DNA of 64,000 nucleotides from Octopus vulgaris (GCA_951406725.2 OX597832.1:3596001-3660000), one strand, 5' to 3'; shown: positions 12,980 to 26,122, counted from the stretch's first letter. The notes: generated from the letters alone by a model not told the origin. Program-made: numbers and translations.

Positions 12980-15800
12980 ACATTAATATACTGTAGGTTT
13001 TTCAGTTTTTTTGTTCTTGTATTTTTTTAACTGGATGGTCATGTTTGTTTCCAAATAAATGATATAAAAACATTTTCTTAATTTAAGTGTTTTCTGATCC
13101 TTTTCTCTCAATTTATGTTGTTTCATTATATCTCATTGATTATTTGGTTACTTATCTAACAATTATGATAATATTATAGATATACAAGGATTATGAAATT
13201 AATTTGAAAACCTAATAATTACATAATCAGGAGCTGAAATGACAGCACAGATTGTTATACTCTTGAACAAGACACAGAATTCTTTTATTCAGTTTTGCCA
13301 AAATGACACAATTATCATTTGATCGATTTGCAGTTATGAAAATATATATTTATAAAACAAAGATTGTTTTGCATTTGTTGAATTGGTAGAAGCTCTCTTG
13401 ACAGATTGTGAGAAGAATGGAAGAAAGTAGATAACAGGGAGAAAGCAAGAAATTAGGTGTATCATGTTAGGAGAATTTTTGAACTGGAGAAGAGTTTTAA
13501 CAGCATCCTTCATTCTGTAGTTTGGTGGATTATCAGAGTATTGTCCTAAACTGTTGTTAGAGGAGCATTTAAGTGTAACATCATTTTAATGTTTAGGCAG
13601 GTATCTTCAGATCCTTACTATTAGTTTGGTTAGTCATGGAAAACTTTGTAAAGAAACAAGTTAGATGAGTTCTCTTGGATAAACTATAATTTATATAAGA
13701 ACTAGGAATTAATGAAAGAGATGACATCACTGTTATAGACATGAGTAAAATAGTGCTTTGTTGGTTTTCAAAACAATAGTATTATGACAATTCACTGCCA
13801 TCAAATTACTTTTATTTATATAAAATACTTTTTGTTTTGAGAAGTATTTAATCTCAGCTTCAGGGTGTCTCCAGCTTTTATATATAAAACATATCTTGAG
13901 ACTAAGCTGAAAAGAAAGTACTTTACCCAAAATTCAACATGAAAAACAGTGCGCGTGCGCATGTGCACGCGTGCACACACACACACACACACACATGCGC
14001 ACTCTCTCTCTCTCTCTCTCTCCCTCTCTAAAATGCATGGTGCTGCTCAGCAACACACTATATATTGAATATGAAGAGCTCATTTGAGGAAGTTGCAGAG
14101 GCACAACAAGAATGTTTATGAATTAAAATAAAAGATTAATAAAAACTGTGAAGTGGTAGTTTCTTTGTTATTAATATGGCGTCTTCATGGGAGTCATTGG
14201 TATTAATCCATGAGAATATATTTCTCAACTAGTATGCACTTTTTTTTGTTATGGCAAAAATTTACTTTTCTTTTATCTGTTAAATTATGTTAAAAACTAC
14301 AGTATCTTAAGAAGTAGACACTGGTTATAACATATTTAAAGTTTACTATATGAAAATTAAATTCTTAAATATCTTTTAACTATTTCAGTTAATTCTACTG
14401 TTTTGTCATTTAATCTGTATGTACCAGTGATATTAGTAGGCTAAAAACTTTGGTTAATATCAGTTTAGACAGCCTTGATTGAGCAGACTCATAAAATTTA
14501 GATTCTTGAAAGGAAGGCTTGAGAAACAACAAAATTAATTCCATATTTGCTTCTCAAGTCAAGCTAAAACTATAAAGTCCCTAACTATAAAAATATAAAG
14601 AAAATGTTATAAATTATTTTGTCATAACCAGAGATCTTTCTAAAATATTCTGCAAATCTCTGATTACATCCCATTCTCAATTAGCCAGATTATCAGTACT
14701 CACTGATAATCTATTACATATGTTTGTATGCAAACTAAATTTTCTCTTCACCCACATCCTCATCTTATTTTCCTGTTTTCCTTCCTGTCTGCCTATTTTT
14801 CACATATCTCATTTCTAACCAAGGATTACATTTATAAACAATTATCGGCTACTAAACAGCTGAGCATTCTCCTAAGTAGGTTTGACATTTTATTAATAAA
14901 ATTAGGACTCCAAAGTTTCTAGCTTTGGTAATAAAACCCATCCATCGGAAGGCATGCGTTGAAAAACAAATAAAAACTTCTTTCTCCCATCCTGTTGTTA
15001 ACACTGATATCCTACCTCATACTCAATAGCAATATAACTTTTGACTAGGAAGCTATTATCTATGACTATATCTAAAGAAAAGTTACAAACTTATCTCAGA
15101 AATTTAAGTAGGGGAGATAAAATAATAGTAATAATAATAGTAATAATAATAATAATAATAATATAAAACAAATAATAATATGTAAAACCATCCAGTGAAA
15201 GCTCATGTAAATTCTCTTACACCTTAAAATAAATTTTAAGAGTAATAACTCGTCATATAATTTTTCCAGCTCATATCCTTATCCAAGGTATTGAATACTA
15301 TTACGTTTGTTAACCTAAGGCTTACAATTTCCTGGCAGAGGAAATAGAAGTTTGTGACAGAATTTCATTAGAAACTTATGGGAAACGAAAATACTTCAAT
15401 AGGAAATTAAAGTTTAACCATAGACTATGAGTTTCATCCTTTTTTTATTAGACATGCTAAAACCCTATAAAATGTTGCAGAGTGTAGTGTCGTTTGCAGT
15501 GATGTTTTCTTGGACCATTTATATTGCATAGCTTACAGAAATTTACTCTGAATCCTTCAATTCAGTGAAGATTATATTACTTTGTATCCTTGCATAAGTC
15601 AGTATGAATACTGATAGAGCCACTCATAACCTACATGCCATAATTAAGTCAAGTAACTTAAGATGCAGCTATTCATTGGATATATACTGTGGCCAAATCT
15701 AAAAAATGCCCACAATAGAAGGACCTAAAAGAAAACTGATAATATGTCTGCCAATGCATCAAAAATTTAAAATCTGCCTTATGACAGAAAGTATTAGTTT

Positions 15801-16003
15801 TAAATTTTGGCACAAGGCTGCAATTTCAAGGGATGGTAAGTCGATTACATTGACCCTAGTGTTGAACTGGTACTTATTTTATTGACCCCGAAAGAATGAA
15901 AAGCAAAGCCAGCCTTGGTGGAATTTGAACTCAGAGCATAAAAATGGATGGAATACTATTATGCATTTTGCTCAGCATGCAAATGGCACTGCCAGCTCAC
16001 CAA
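15801..16003 (-). mobile_element. tRNA-derived SINE (family B), CpG-decayed
   Basis: Aligns by eye with the copy at 50150-50323. Confidence 0.7.
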
Positions 16004-18708
16004 CTTGATAAAAGAAGGTTAAAACAAAAAATTCCATGCGTAAAAAAAAAGGTATGAAATATTACTTCCTTGAGTAAAAAAATGCACTCCCTGCTCACAT
16101 ACAAAACATATTTTAGAATGATCCTTTATATGATTGGCTAACTTTCATTTATGAACAATCTATAGCAGTCTTATTTATCTTTACTAAGACTATGACTATG
16201 AGTATCCTCTATATTTATCCAAATAATTCCCACCAAATACCACTTAATAAATCTATTTTTGTTTCTCTATGAAACCTACCTACCTCACTCTAATTTTCAT
16301 ATTAAATACCTTGATTACTCTTTCTTCTCCAAGACCATTCACCTCTGGAGCTTCTTCCCTAACTCTTTGTAACTTCTTGTAAATTTGGATGATTTTAGAC
16401 TAAACATTTATTGTATTAGTTTTATTTTGCATAGCTTAAATTACAGTTTAAGGCCTTGTTTTTTTCTTGTTCTTGTTTCTTACAAATTAGTTCAAGTCAG
16501 TATGATATGGAGTGGAAAAAATATTAGTATCTTGAAATATGCTTTATGAAAAAGGGATCAGAGGTTTGCTGGCAATGAATACAGCCAAGATCATTATTTC
16601 TTAGATGCGTAATTCCATGCCCCCCTCCACAAGACAACAACATAAAATACAGTTAATGGGAGTTGGATAAAATTTTAATTGTAAAGTTGCTGAGAGTGCA
16701 TGGCATTTGAGGCAAATAGTTGAAAAGCATTTGCTAGAAATCAGTTAATATAAGAACAACTTTACCATAGTGTTTGTTGTAACTTGAATGAATATTCATC
16801 TAAGAAACTTCTGATTAGTACTCTGTATTTTGTTAACCTTTTAATATCAGCTGTATTTCCCCTGCTGTTAACTATAGGTTCTATTAAAAAAAAAAAAGAA
16901 AAAGTCAGACATATTTATCACTCTGGTTCCATATACTAACAAATTGTTATTGTATTATATTTGGGAGAGAGTTATCAAGAAATAATTACTTATGCAAAAG
17001 AAAAAAAAATGTTTTGCATATATCAGGGGTTCTTTGCTAAGCACTAAACATTTTCTGACTAAAATTTGTGCTCATGTGTAATATTATGAACAAATATTCA
17101 TTTTATACTACATAAGTACTGATGGAAAATGGTTTTAGACTATTAATCTCATAATGTGTATCTTTTAATAAAACTTGATCAGTTTAGTTTTTGCCATCTT
17201 GAGCTCCTCTGTGGGCTTTTGTTTTGGTTTTGTATGTGTAAATTTATTCTATAGTGGCACATGATTTTTGTATTCTTACATTACTCAACCTGTCATTACT
17301 GATGCTGTTGTATCTTTGATTAGGACTTTTAATTATTCTGATAATTAATGCATATTTTGTTTCTTCTTCCAATTAATTACTGTAAGAGCATGAAAGTTAT
17401 TGCAACATTTCAAAGGTTTCACCTCTTGAGTGGGTTTAATTTAAATGCAGTAACTAACACCAACGATTTCATGTAGCTCTTCATATACATGGTAACTACC
17501 CCATGAAATCTCTTCCCCTTTTATGCGTTTATACAACTTTCCATGTTATACAGCTGTTCCAACTCCTCTTTTTGATTTAAGATAAAAACAACCTCAGGCT
17601 TTGATTTATGCATTTCCTCTTAGTATTCAATTATGTACAACTGACTGTAGTTACTCACCAAAAATTTAAATCCTGCAAATGTCTTAAGATGTCATCTATA
17701 AAGAAATATAAGCTTTAAATTTGGTGAGAAAATGGCTGTTGATATAGTCAAACTAAATATAATTATTATTATGTTGATATTTATTGGAGGAAGTTTTCAA
17801 TAGTTGTAAACTTCTTCCACCTCTTCCTCGTACTTTTGATTCTCCCATACAATCAGCAGCCTAAGCAGGGATGGGCATCAACAGTTTTTGGTGGTGGTCC
17901 AAGATTATAGAATACTTTAATATTCATAAGAGAAGAATCGCAGGTGTGTACACTTTGTTTAGCCATTTCATTCTTTTAGTGCATTTCTTCCATGCTAGCA
18001 TGGGTTAGATGAAAATATCATTGAGGTATTGTCTTACAGCTGGATGCTGTTACTGTCACTAAACTTAGCTATTTTCCAAGTAAGGGGATCTCTTATTTCA
18101 TGTCTTCAAAGTAACAGAGCAAGTGGATGACTTGTTGACAGAAGAAATAATAGCAACATCACTGACTACAACTAAGCAGTTTGCAGACAAGTTGAAATGT
18201 AAACAAACACACATGTGGAAACATATGCATATTCATAGACATATGCATGTGCACACATACATAGTTGTCTAAGAATCTGTAAGTCAGAAAATACATGCAC
18301 TTAGATATTTCTCAACAGAATGGCTCTTTCAGTTTCCATCTACCAAATCCACTCACAAGGCATTAGTCTGTCCAAGGCTGTTGTAGAAGACTTCACACAG
18401 TGACTGAATCCTAGTTGAGAAGTGAACATTTTAATCACACATCTAGATACAACTATGCCTCCAGCTTCAAAATAATAAATTTTGTTGATACTAAGAACAT
18501 ATCTTCAGAAGTCTTGGAATGAATCAACCCAGTACTTTTAAAAAATTTTTTAAGCCTGGTACTTATTCTATCAGTATCTCTGACTGAACTGGTAAGTTAT
18601 AGGGATGTAAACACACCAACCCCAGTTGTCAAGTGGTGATGGGGGACAGACATAAACTCACACACACACACATGTATGTATGTCTATATATATATATATA
18701 TATATATA

Positions 18709-19894
18709 TTAGGCTGTCACACATGAAATGTCGTATTTGAAAAGTAACAATAAAATGTTTCAGAAATGTTAGAGAACTGATTTATTTAATCAAGGTATGA
18801 TCCATGTTCATTTATGACCTTTACCCAACATTTCTCTAAGTCATGTATTTCATCTTTAAAACAAATTTCATCTTTTGCTGTGATAAACTATCCAAATGTT
18901 TCAATTACCTCTTCTCTATTTAAGAATGTTTAAGTGGATATGAAAAGCTCAAAATGCTTAAATAAGTGATAATTAGTAGGAGAGATAGGGGAATGGGGAG
19001 GATGTTGTAAAATCTCATAATTCAGGCTTTGCAACTTTTGGACCATATCTTGTGAAGTGTGAGGACGTGCATTGTTGTGGAGCAAAATTGGGTCATCTTT
19101 ATTCACTTGTCTGGGTTGCTTCTTTTTCAAATTCTAATGCATACAATCAGTTTCCTGGCAATACGATGTTGCTGTTACTGTTTTTCTTTGTTGCAAAAAT
19201 AAATAATGAATAACCCCCTTCGCAGACCACCATACAATTACCACTAACTTTTTAGGGTGCAGTGGTGGTTTGGGGTGATAACTGTCCTGTTCTCCTGCTG
19301 TTGTCAAAGAGTATCCATTACTCATCACATGTAATGATTCGATGCAAAAATGGTTATTTTTCCAGTCAAGAAAGCAATAAGAAGCACACTTTGAGACAGG
19401 TGCCTGTTTTTTTAATCTTGTTTAGTTTATGTGGAACAAACCTACCCATTTTCTTGACTTTTCCAATATTTTCAAGTGTTGAGAAGCATTTGTGCAATAT
19501 GTTTGGAGTTCTGATGAAAGTTTTCGAACCATTGTCCTTGGATTTTGTTCATGCCAAGTAACTGATTTTGGCTCCCCCCTTGGTTCATTTTTGAGGCTAT
19601 CATCTCCTAAATGAGATCTTTAGAACCATCTCTGAACAGTTCTGATGTCAACAAAACCATTACCAAAGGCCCGTTTGATATTCTGTAGAGCTTCTGCGGC
19701 AAAGTGACCTAGTTTGTATTCCTACAAGAAAATCAGTCCGCATTGTTTGGTTGTTAGCATTTTTATAAGGTCTGGGGTATGAATTTTGTATACCAATATT
19801 GTTTGAAACGATTAAATGCAAGGGTATACATAATCGAGTTTTTAAATGACTGAAATAATAAATAATCAAAAATGCAACATTTCATGTGTGACAA

Positions 19895-19899
<5 letters not shown>
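18709..19899 (-). mobile_element. Full-length but decayed mariner element (~1.19 kb)
   Basis: TIRs TTAGGCTGTCACACATGAAATG / CATTTCATGTGTGACAATCTAA in (TA)n. Transposase fragments PKPPLHPKKLVVIVWWSAKG, LLHNNARPH and HPPHSP are on the minus strand. Confidence 0.88.
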
Positions 19900-19954
<55 letters not shown>

Positions 19955-19957
<3 letters not shown>

Positions 19958-20290
19958 AGTAGTTGAATGAATTATCTTATTAAGGATAATTCGAAAGATA
20001 ACCGATACCTGGGTAGCAAATTCACATCAGAAAGAACACGGTTGAAGTTACGTCCCTAGGGCATAGACTACGTGCTTTCGTGCGGAAATTTGTATGTTTA
20101 TTTTAAAAATATAAGTTTATGAAAGAATGGAGTTGAACGACTTGTTAACAAATTTCCTGATGAGAAATCTGCATAATGTACTCCTTATTCCTTCGGAGTT
20201 AGGAATATGCAGCCTTCGAAACATATGTCGAAAATAAAGGAAATTTGTTAACAAGTCGTTCAACTCCATTCTTTCATAAACATAAACTTA
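19955..20290. mobile_element. Penelope-like (pLTR-derived) remnant with a 43-bp perfect inverted repeat, between (TA)n and (TATG)n
   Basis: 20115-20157 is the exact reverse complement of 20239-20281, and the repeat encloses the hammerhead motif. The PLE assignment is inferred from that motif. Confidence 0.55.
20153..20233 (+). ncRNA. Type I hammerhead ribozyme motif (Penelope-like element type)
   Basis: Stem I TTTC; CTGATGA (20157-20163); long stem II G..CTGCATA/TATGCAG..C; GAAA (20218-20221); palindromic stem III ACATATGT; GTC cleavage triplet (20227-20229); stem I' GAAA; then AATAAA. Confidence 0.72.
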
Positions 20291-20390
20291 TGTATGTATG
20301 TATGTATGTATGTATGTATGTATGTATGTATGTATGTATGTATGTATGTATGTATGTATGTATGTATGTATGTATGCATGCATGCATGTA

Positions 20391-22302
20391 GCAGCACCTT
20401 AGTCAACTCCATTAGATACGAATAATTGCAGAGGTATCAAGTTGTTGGATCAGGTAATAAAAGTCACGGAGAGGGTCATAGCCCAACTAATTAGGGAGAG
20501 AGTCAGTCTAGATGAGATGCAGTTTGGGTTTGTGTCAGGGAAAAGCATCACTGATGCTATATTTCTGGTAAGACAGCTGCAGGAGAGATACCTAGTCAAA
20601 GATAAACCTCTTTACTTGGCTTTCATTGATATGAAAAAAGTTTTTGACAGGGTCCCCGATCCCTTATCTGGTGGTCAATGTGGAAACTAGGGATAGATGA
20701 GTGGTTAGTGAGAGCTATACAAGCCATGTACAGGGATGCTGTTAGTAAGGTGATGGTTGGCAACGAGTACAGTGAAGAATTCCGGGTAGGGGTAGGGGTC
20801 CACCAAGTATCAGTCCTCAGCCCCCTCTTATTCATCATAGTCCTCCAGGCAATAACAGAGGAATTCAAGACAGGATGCCCCTGGGAGCTTCTCTGTGCTG
20901 ATGACCTTGCTCTAATAGCTGAGTCCATATCTGAACTAGATATGAAGCTTCAGGTGTGGAAGCAAGGTCTAGAATCAAAGGGCCATAGAGTCAATTTAGC
21001 AAAAACCAGTCTTAATAAATAGGAGGGCAGACAAACCACAAATCCCTTCGGGTAGATGGCCCTGCTTGATCTGTAGAAAAGGCGTTGGTAGAAACTCCAT
21101 AAGATGTACCTGCTGTAACCTATGGAGACATAAGAGGTGCAGAAATATCTAAGGAAAGCTAACTGGGAAGATAGTTTTTGTGTGTGGAAAATGCTCAGGG
21201 GCAATAAATACCGAAAATATGCAGAAAACAGTTTCCATCACATTCCAGGGGGAAAACTACAAGTGGTTGATGTGACCAAGTCAGTAGTGGTGGTGGATGC
21301 TCTGAGTGAAGCTGCTAGAATAAGAATAGCCTGGGCAAAGTTCAGAGAGCTCCTACTTCTGCTGGTAACAAAGGGCTTCTCGCACAGAGGAAAAGGTAGA
21401 CTGTATGACGCATGTGTATGAACAGTCATGCTACATGGCAGTGAAACATGGGTCGTGACTGCTGAGGACATGCGTAAACTTGCAAGGAATGAAGCTAGCA
21501 TGCTTCGCTGGATGTGTAATGTCAGTGTGCATAAACGACAGAGTGTAAGTGCTCCGAGAGAAAAGTTGGACAGAAGAAGCATCAGATGTGGTGTGCAAGA
21601 GAGATGACTGACGCTGGTATGGTCATGTGTTGTGTATGGATGAGGACAGCTGTGTGAAAAAGTGTTATACCTTAGCAGTGGAGGGAACTTGTGGAAGAGG
21701 TAGACCCAGGAACACGTTGGGTCTCACCTAGGCGATGACAAGTGACCAAGACCTTTGGAAATATGCTATGCTTGAGAAGACCTGGCAAGCCAAGTGAGAC
21801 CGTAACCATGGCCTATGCCAGTGCAGCATAACCATCCCATTTAAGTATACCCTTCAATCATTGGGCAATAAACTGCGCTGGCGAAGTCGTTGTCATGGCC
21901 GATGCCAGTACCACCTGATTGGCACCCGTGCCAGTGGCAAGTACAAAGCACCATTCAAGTGTGATCGTTGTCAGTGCCACCTGACTGGCTCCCATGCTGG
22001 TGGCACGTAAAAAGCACCATTCATTGCCAGTGCCGCTTGACTGGCTCCCGTGCCGGTAGCCTGTAAAGAGCACCATTCAAGCGTAGTTGATGCCAGTACC
22101 GCCTGACTGACTCTCGTGTCGGTGGCACGTAAAAAGCATCCAATATACACTTGGAGTGGTTGGCATTAGGAAGGCATCCAGCTGTAGAAGCTTTGCCAGG
22201 CTGGATTGGAGCCTAGTGCAGCCTACTGGCTTGCCAGCCCTCAGTCAAACCGTCAAACCTATGCCAGCATGGAAAGCAGACGTTAAACGACGACAACGAT
22301 GA
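20391..22302 (+). mobile_element. 5'-truncated RTE-clade LINE (decayed RT plus 3' UTR)
   Basis: RT motifs QFGFVSGKSITDAIF, LAFIDMKKVFDRVP, GVHQ.SVLSPLLF, LCADDL, MLHGSETW. Tail GCCAGCATGGAAAGCAGACGTTAAACGA(CGA/TGA)n. Confidence 0.88.
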
Positions 22303-22317
22303 TATATATATATATAA

Positions 22318-23254
22318 CTTTTCACCGCATTCTCGAGCAGATCATCAGAGGCATCGACTGGCAAGGCGGTGTGAACATCAATGGTGAGCTACTCATCCAC
22401 CTCCGTTTCGCTGATGATATCGTAGTCATCGTTAAAACCATGGATCAGCTTCAGACCATGCTGACGGAGCTCGACATCAAAAGCTCTGCATTAGGTCTCA
22501 AGATGAACCGCATGAAAACGAAATTCATACGGTCAGACAATGTACCAACAGGCCGAATGGTGATCGGCAGTGATGAAATAGAGGAGGTAAGGGAATATGT
22601 CTACTTGGGACAGGAAGTGAATATGTGCCGAGATATCGAAAAGGGGACCTCATGGAGAGTAAGGGCCGGATGGAAGGCGTTTAATGGCATAAGGGATGTG
22701 CTCAAGAGAAGGTTGGACAATACCACCTGCGCCAACCTCATCAGTTCTAGCTGCAATGTTATATGGTAGTGAAACATGGGCTACAACAAAGAGAGAAGAA
22801 CAGAGATTGGTAACGGCTCAAAGAGCCATGGAGAGGTCAATGCTTGGAATCTCGTTGAGAGAGCACATCAGTAGCGAGGTCATCAGAGAGAAGTCCGGCG
22901 TGAGGGATGTCATCGTTGAATATACACGCAGCAAGTTTAGATGGGCTGGAGACGTCGCCCGGCTCATCGATAATCGGTGGACCCGCGCAGTTGTCGAGTG
23001 GTACCCGTGCGAACGGAAACGACCACTCGGAAGGCCTTACGACGGTGGAGTTACGATTTCAGGAGGGCGATTGGGATCACGTGGATGAGAAAGGCGCGAT
23101 CCAGAGAGGAGTGGACAGCGTGCTGTGACCAGCGTGCTGTGACCAGCGTGCTGTGACCAGCGTGCTGTGACCAGCGTGCTGTGACCAGCGTGCTGTGACC
23201 AGCGTGGTTAAATGGACGCCCGACGGACTGGTCGGTCAAGGTGATCAAGGTGAT
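22318..23254 (+). mobile_element. Second 5'-truncated RTE-clade LINE with an intact 3' end
   Basis: GVNINGELLIHLRFADDIV, YVYLG, MLYGSETW, RWAGDVAR...KRPLGRP; 3' tail (CAAGGTGAT)2. Confidence 0.87.
23116..23206 (+). repeat. Perfect 14-bp tandem repeat (CAGCGTGCTGTGAC) x6.5
   Basis: Direct reading. Confidence 0.95.
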
Positions 23255-24683
23255 ATATATATTATCACTGACCACTTCCCAGCACCCACACATCCATACA
23301 TTACAGATGCAGATATTTACACACACTCACATCCACACGTCAAAGTCACCAGTCCCTATCCACACACACACACACACTCACATACACACACGCATGTGCA
23401 TCATTGTTTTGAGATCACCAGTACTTTATTACTTCCCCGTCTTCCTAGATCTCCTAACTACCTTTGTCCAACCAGTAGCCATGATTGACCGCTAACTCCA
23501 AAGGTTTTTTTTATTCTCTCTCTCTGTTCATTTCCTCGTGTTTCTTTCTGTTGAAGAGCGTAGGCTCGAAGCATAAAATACTTCCCCACCTTCCCGAGCA
23601 TCAAACTAATACATCTGCTTGTTGTTTATACACCTGTCTTCGTCTTTTTTCTGTAAATTTCAACTATATATATATATGTATGCATGTATGAATGTATGTA
23701 TGTATGTATGTATGTATGTATGTATGTATGTATGTATGTATGTATGTATGTATGTATGTTTGTATATATCTATGTAAAACAGGTGCAGAAGTCTGGTGCA
23801 GGCTCCTGTCAAACCACCCCACCCATGTCAGCCTGGAAGGTGGGTGTTAAACGATGATGATGATAATGATATAGATTGATAGATAGATATGACAAGCTTC
23901 TTTCAGTTTCCGTCTACTAAATCCACTCACAAGGCTTTGGTTGGCTCGAAATTATAATAGAAAACACCTGTTCAAGGTACCATGGTGTGAGACCGAACCT
24001 GGAAGTATGTGGTTGGGAAGCAAACTTCTTACCACACAAGTCAGTCCTACTAAAATTCGTTCAAGAAAATATGAATAACATGATACACACTGCTTTTACT
24101 AGACTTGGTTAAAGCCTAATATTTATAGAGTGAAGCACACCATACTGTAACTTTTCTAAGAACACTTTTCTTTTTACAGAAGCATAATGACTTTATGAAT
24201 CAAAACTTGCTAGTAAATTCAAATTACAAAGAGATTACTTCTGCTCACAACATTGAATATTGAGAACACATTGTAGGTGTGCTATTTAGTGCTTAGAAAC
24301 CACTTAATGTAAAGTTATTGTGATATGTGAATGTAGTTCTGTTTACTTTGGGTGTAATCAGGGCAGATTACTAAGATACATGGGCAAACTATTTACTTAG
24401 CTTTTTACCTTAACTCTAGCAGTGACTGGAGACTTAAGTAAAGACTGCTCTGGATCGTGCTATATATTAACAGGTAAATTTTGTTAATTTATAAACGTTC
24501 ATAAACTCTTCCATATGGAATTATGTCTAAGAGTTAATATTTTATTGAGAACATCTATCAGTAAACACTATGGTATATTTATGAAACCTACTGTATCTTT
24601 GTTTAAAGTTTTGTGACTAATTTCATACATACACACATCTCTCTCTTGCACTATCTCTCCCTCTCCACACACACACACACACA

Positions 24684-24742
<59 letters not shown>

Positions 24743-24744
<2 letters not shown>

Positions 24745-25062
24745 TTTTATTCTCTTAGTTGTTTCTGTCATTTTGACTGCGGCTGTGCTGGAGCACCGCC
24801 TTTACTCGAACAAATCGATCCCAGAACTTATTCTTTGTAAGCCTAGTATTCATTCAATCGGTCTCACACAAATACACACACACAATATATATATATACAC
24901 GACAGGCTTCTTTCAGTTTCGGCCTACCAAATCTACTCACAAGGCTTTGGTAGGCCCGAGGCTATGGTAGAAGACACTTACTCAAGGTGCCACACAGTGG
25001 GACTGAACACAGAACCATATGGTTGAGAAGCAAGCTTCTTAACACACAGCCACTCCTCCGCC
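24743..25062 (-). mobile_element. Family A SINE (internally deleted)
   Basis: Reverse-complement homology to 6570-6990. Confidence 0.8.
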
Positions 25063-25279
25063 TATATACCTTACTAGCATATATATATACTAGTAAGGTG
25101 ATGCAAACAGGAAAAATAGAGGTCAAAATATGAGTATATGTACATTTTTATTACTATTTAGCAGAAGCAACAGAGTGACTCAAGGGGTGAGAGTTTTGTG
25201 CATTTGATAAGAGCCAATATATGAAAAATCTTTGTCCCGTGAGTCATTCTGTCACTTCTATTAAATATATATATATGTA

Positions 25280-25331
<52 letters not shown>

Positions 25332-25342
25332 TACAGAAATAC

Positions 25343-25393
<51 letters not shown>

Positions 25394-25418
25394 CATACGC
25401 ATACGTATATATATATGC

Positions 25419-25460
<42 letters not shown>

Positions 25461-25864
25461 TCTTTTACTATTTACTCTTTTACTTGTTTCAGTCATTTGA
25501 CTGCGGCCATGCTGGAGCACCGCCTTTAGTCGATCAAATCGACCCCGGGACTAATTCTTTGTAAGCCCAGTACTTATTCTATCGGTCTCTTTTGCCGAAC
25601 CGCTAAGTGACGGGGACGTAAACACACCAGCATCGGCTGTCAAGCAATGCTAGGGGGACAAACACAGACACACAACCCTCCCCCCCACACACACATATAT
25701 ATACACATATATACGACAGGCTTCTTTCAGTTTCCGTCTACCAAATCCACTCACAAGGCATTGGTCGGCCCGGGGCTATAGCAGAAGACACTTGCCCAAG
25801 ATGCCACGCAGTGGGACTGAACCCGGAACCATGTGGTTGGTTAGCAAGCTACTTACCACACAGC

Positions 25865-25868
<4 letters not shown>
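25461..25868 (-). mobile_element. Family A SINE, young and well-preserved copy
   Basis: Reverse-complement homology to 6570-6990, with CpGs retained. Confidence 0.85.
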
Positions 25869-25962
<94 letters not shown>

Positions 25963-25992
25963 CATATATACATACATACATACATACATATA

Positions 25993-26122
25993 CAGTAGAA
26001 CCTCGGTTTTTGAACAACTCTGATCACGAATAAATCGTGCCTCTTATATATCTGTATCTAATATATATAAAGCACGATTTGTTCGTGATCAGAGTTGTTA
26101 AAAAACCGAGGTACTATTCTGT
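25993..26122. mobile_element. Tigger/pogo-type hairpin MITE (~130 bp)
   Basis: TA|CAGTAGAACCTCGGTTTTTGAACAACTCTGATCACGAA...GCACGATTTGTTCGTGATCAGAGTTGTTAAAAAACCGAGG, ~48-bp inverted arms. Confidence 0.7.

Larger units (their letters stand above)
18515..24038 (-). mobile_element. Family A SINE split by ~5.2 kb of nested insertions
   Basis: The SINE tail half lies at ~18515-18670 and the head half at ~23890-24038, in the same orientation. In intact copies these halves flank the internal microsatellite. Confidence 0.55.

Noticed and set aside
21904-22141. CRISPR-like repeat-spacer appearance
   Set aside because: The repeats are degenerate, the linkers are only 2-12 bp, the array lies in a LINE 3' UTR in a eukaryote, and there are no cas genes.
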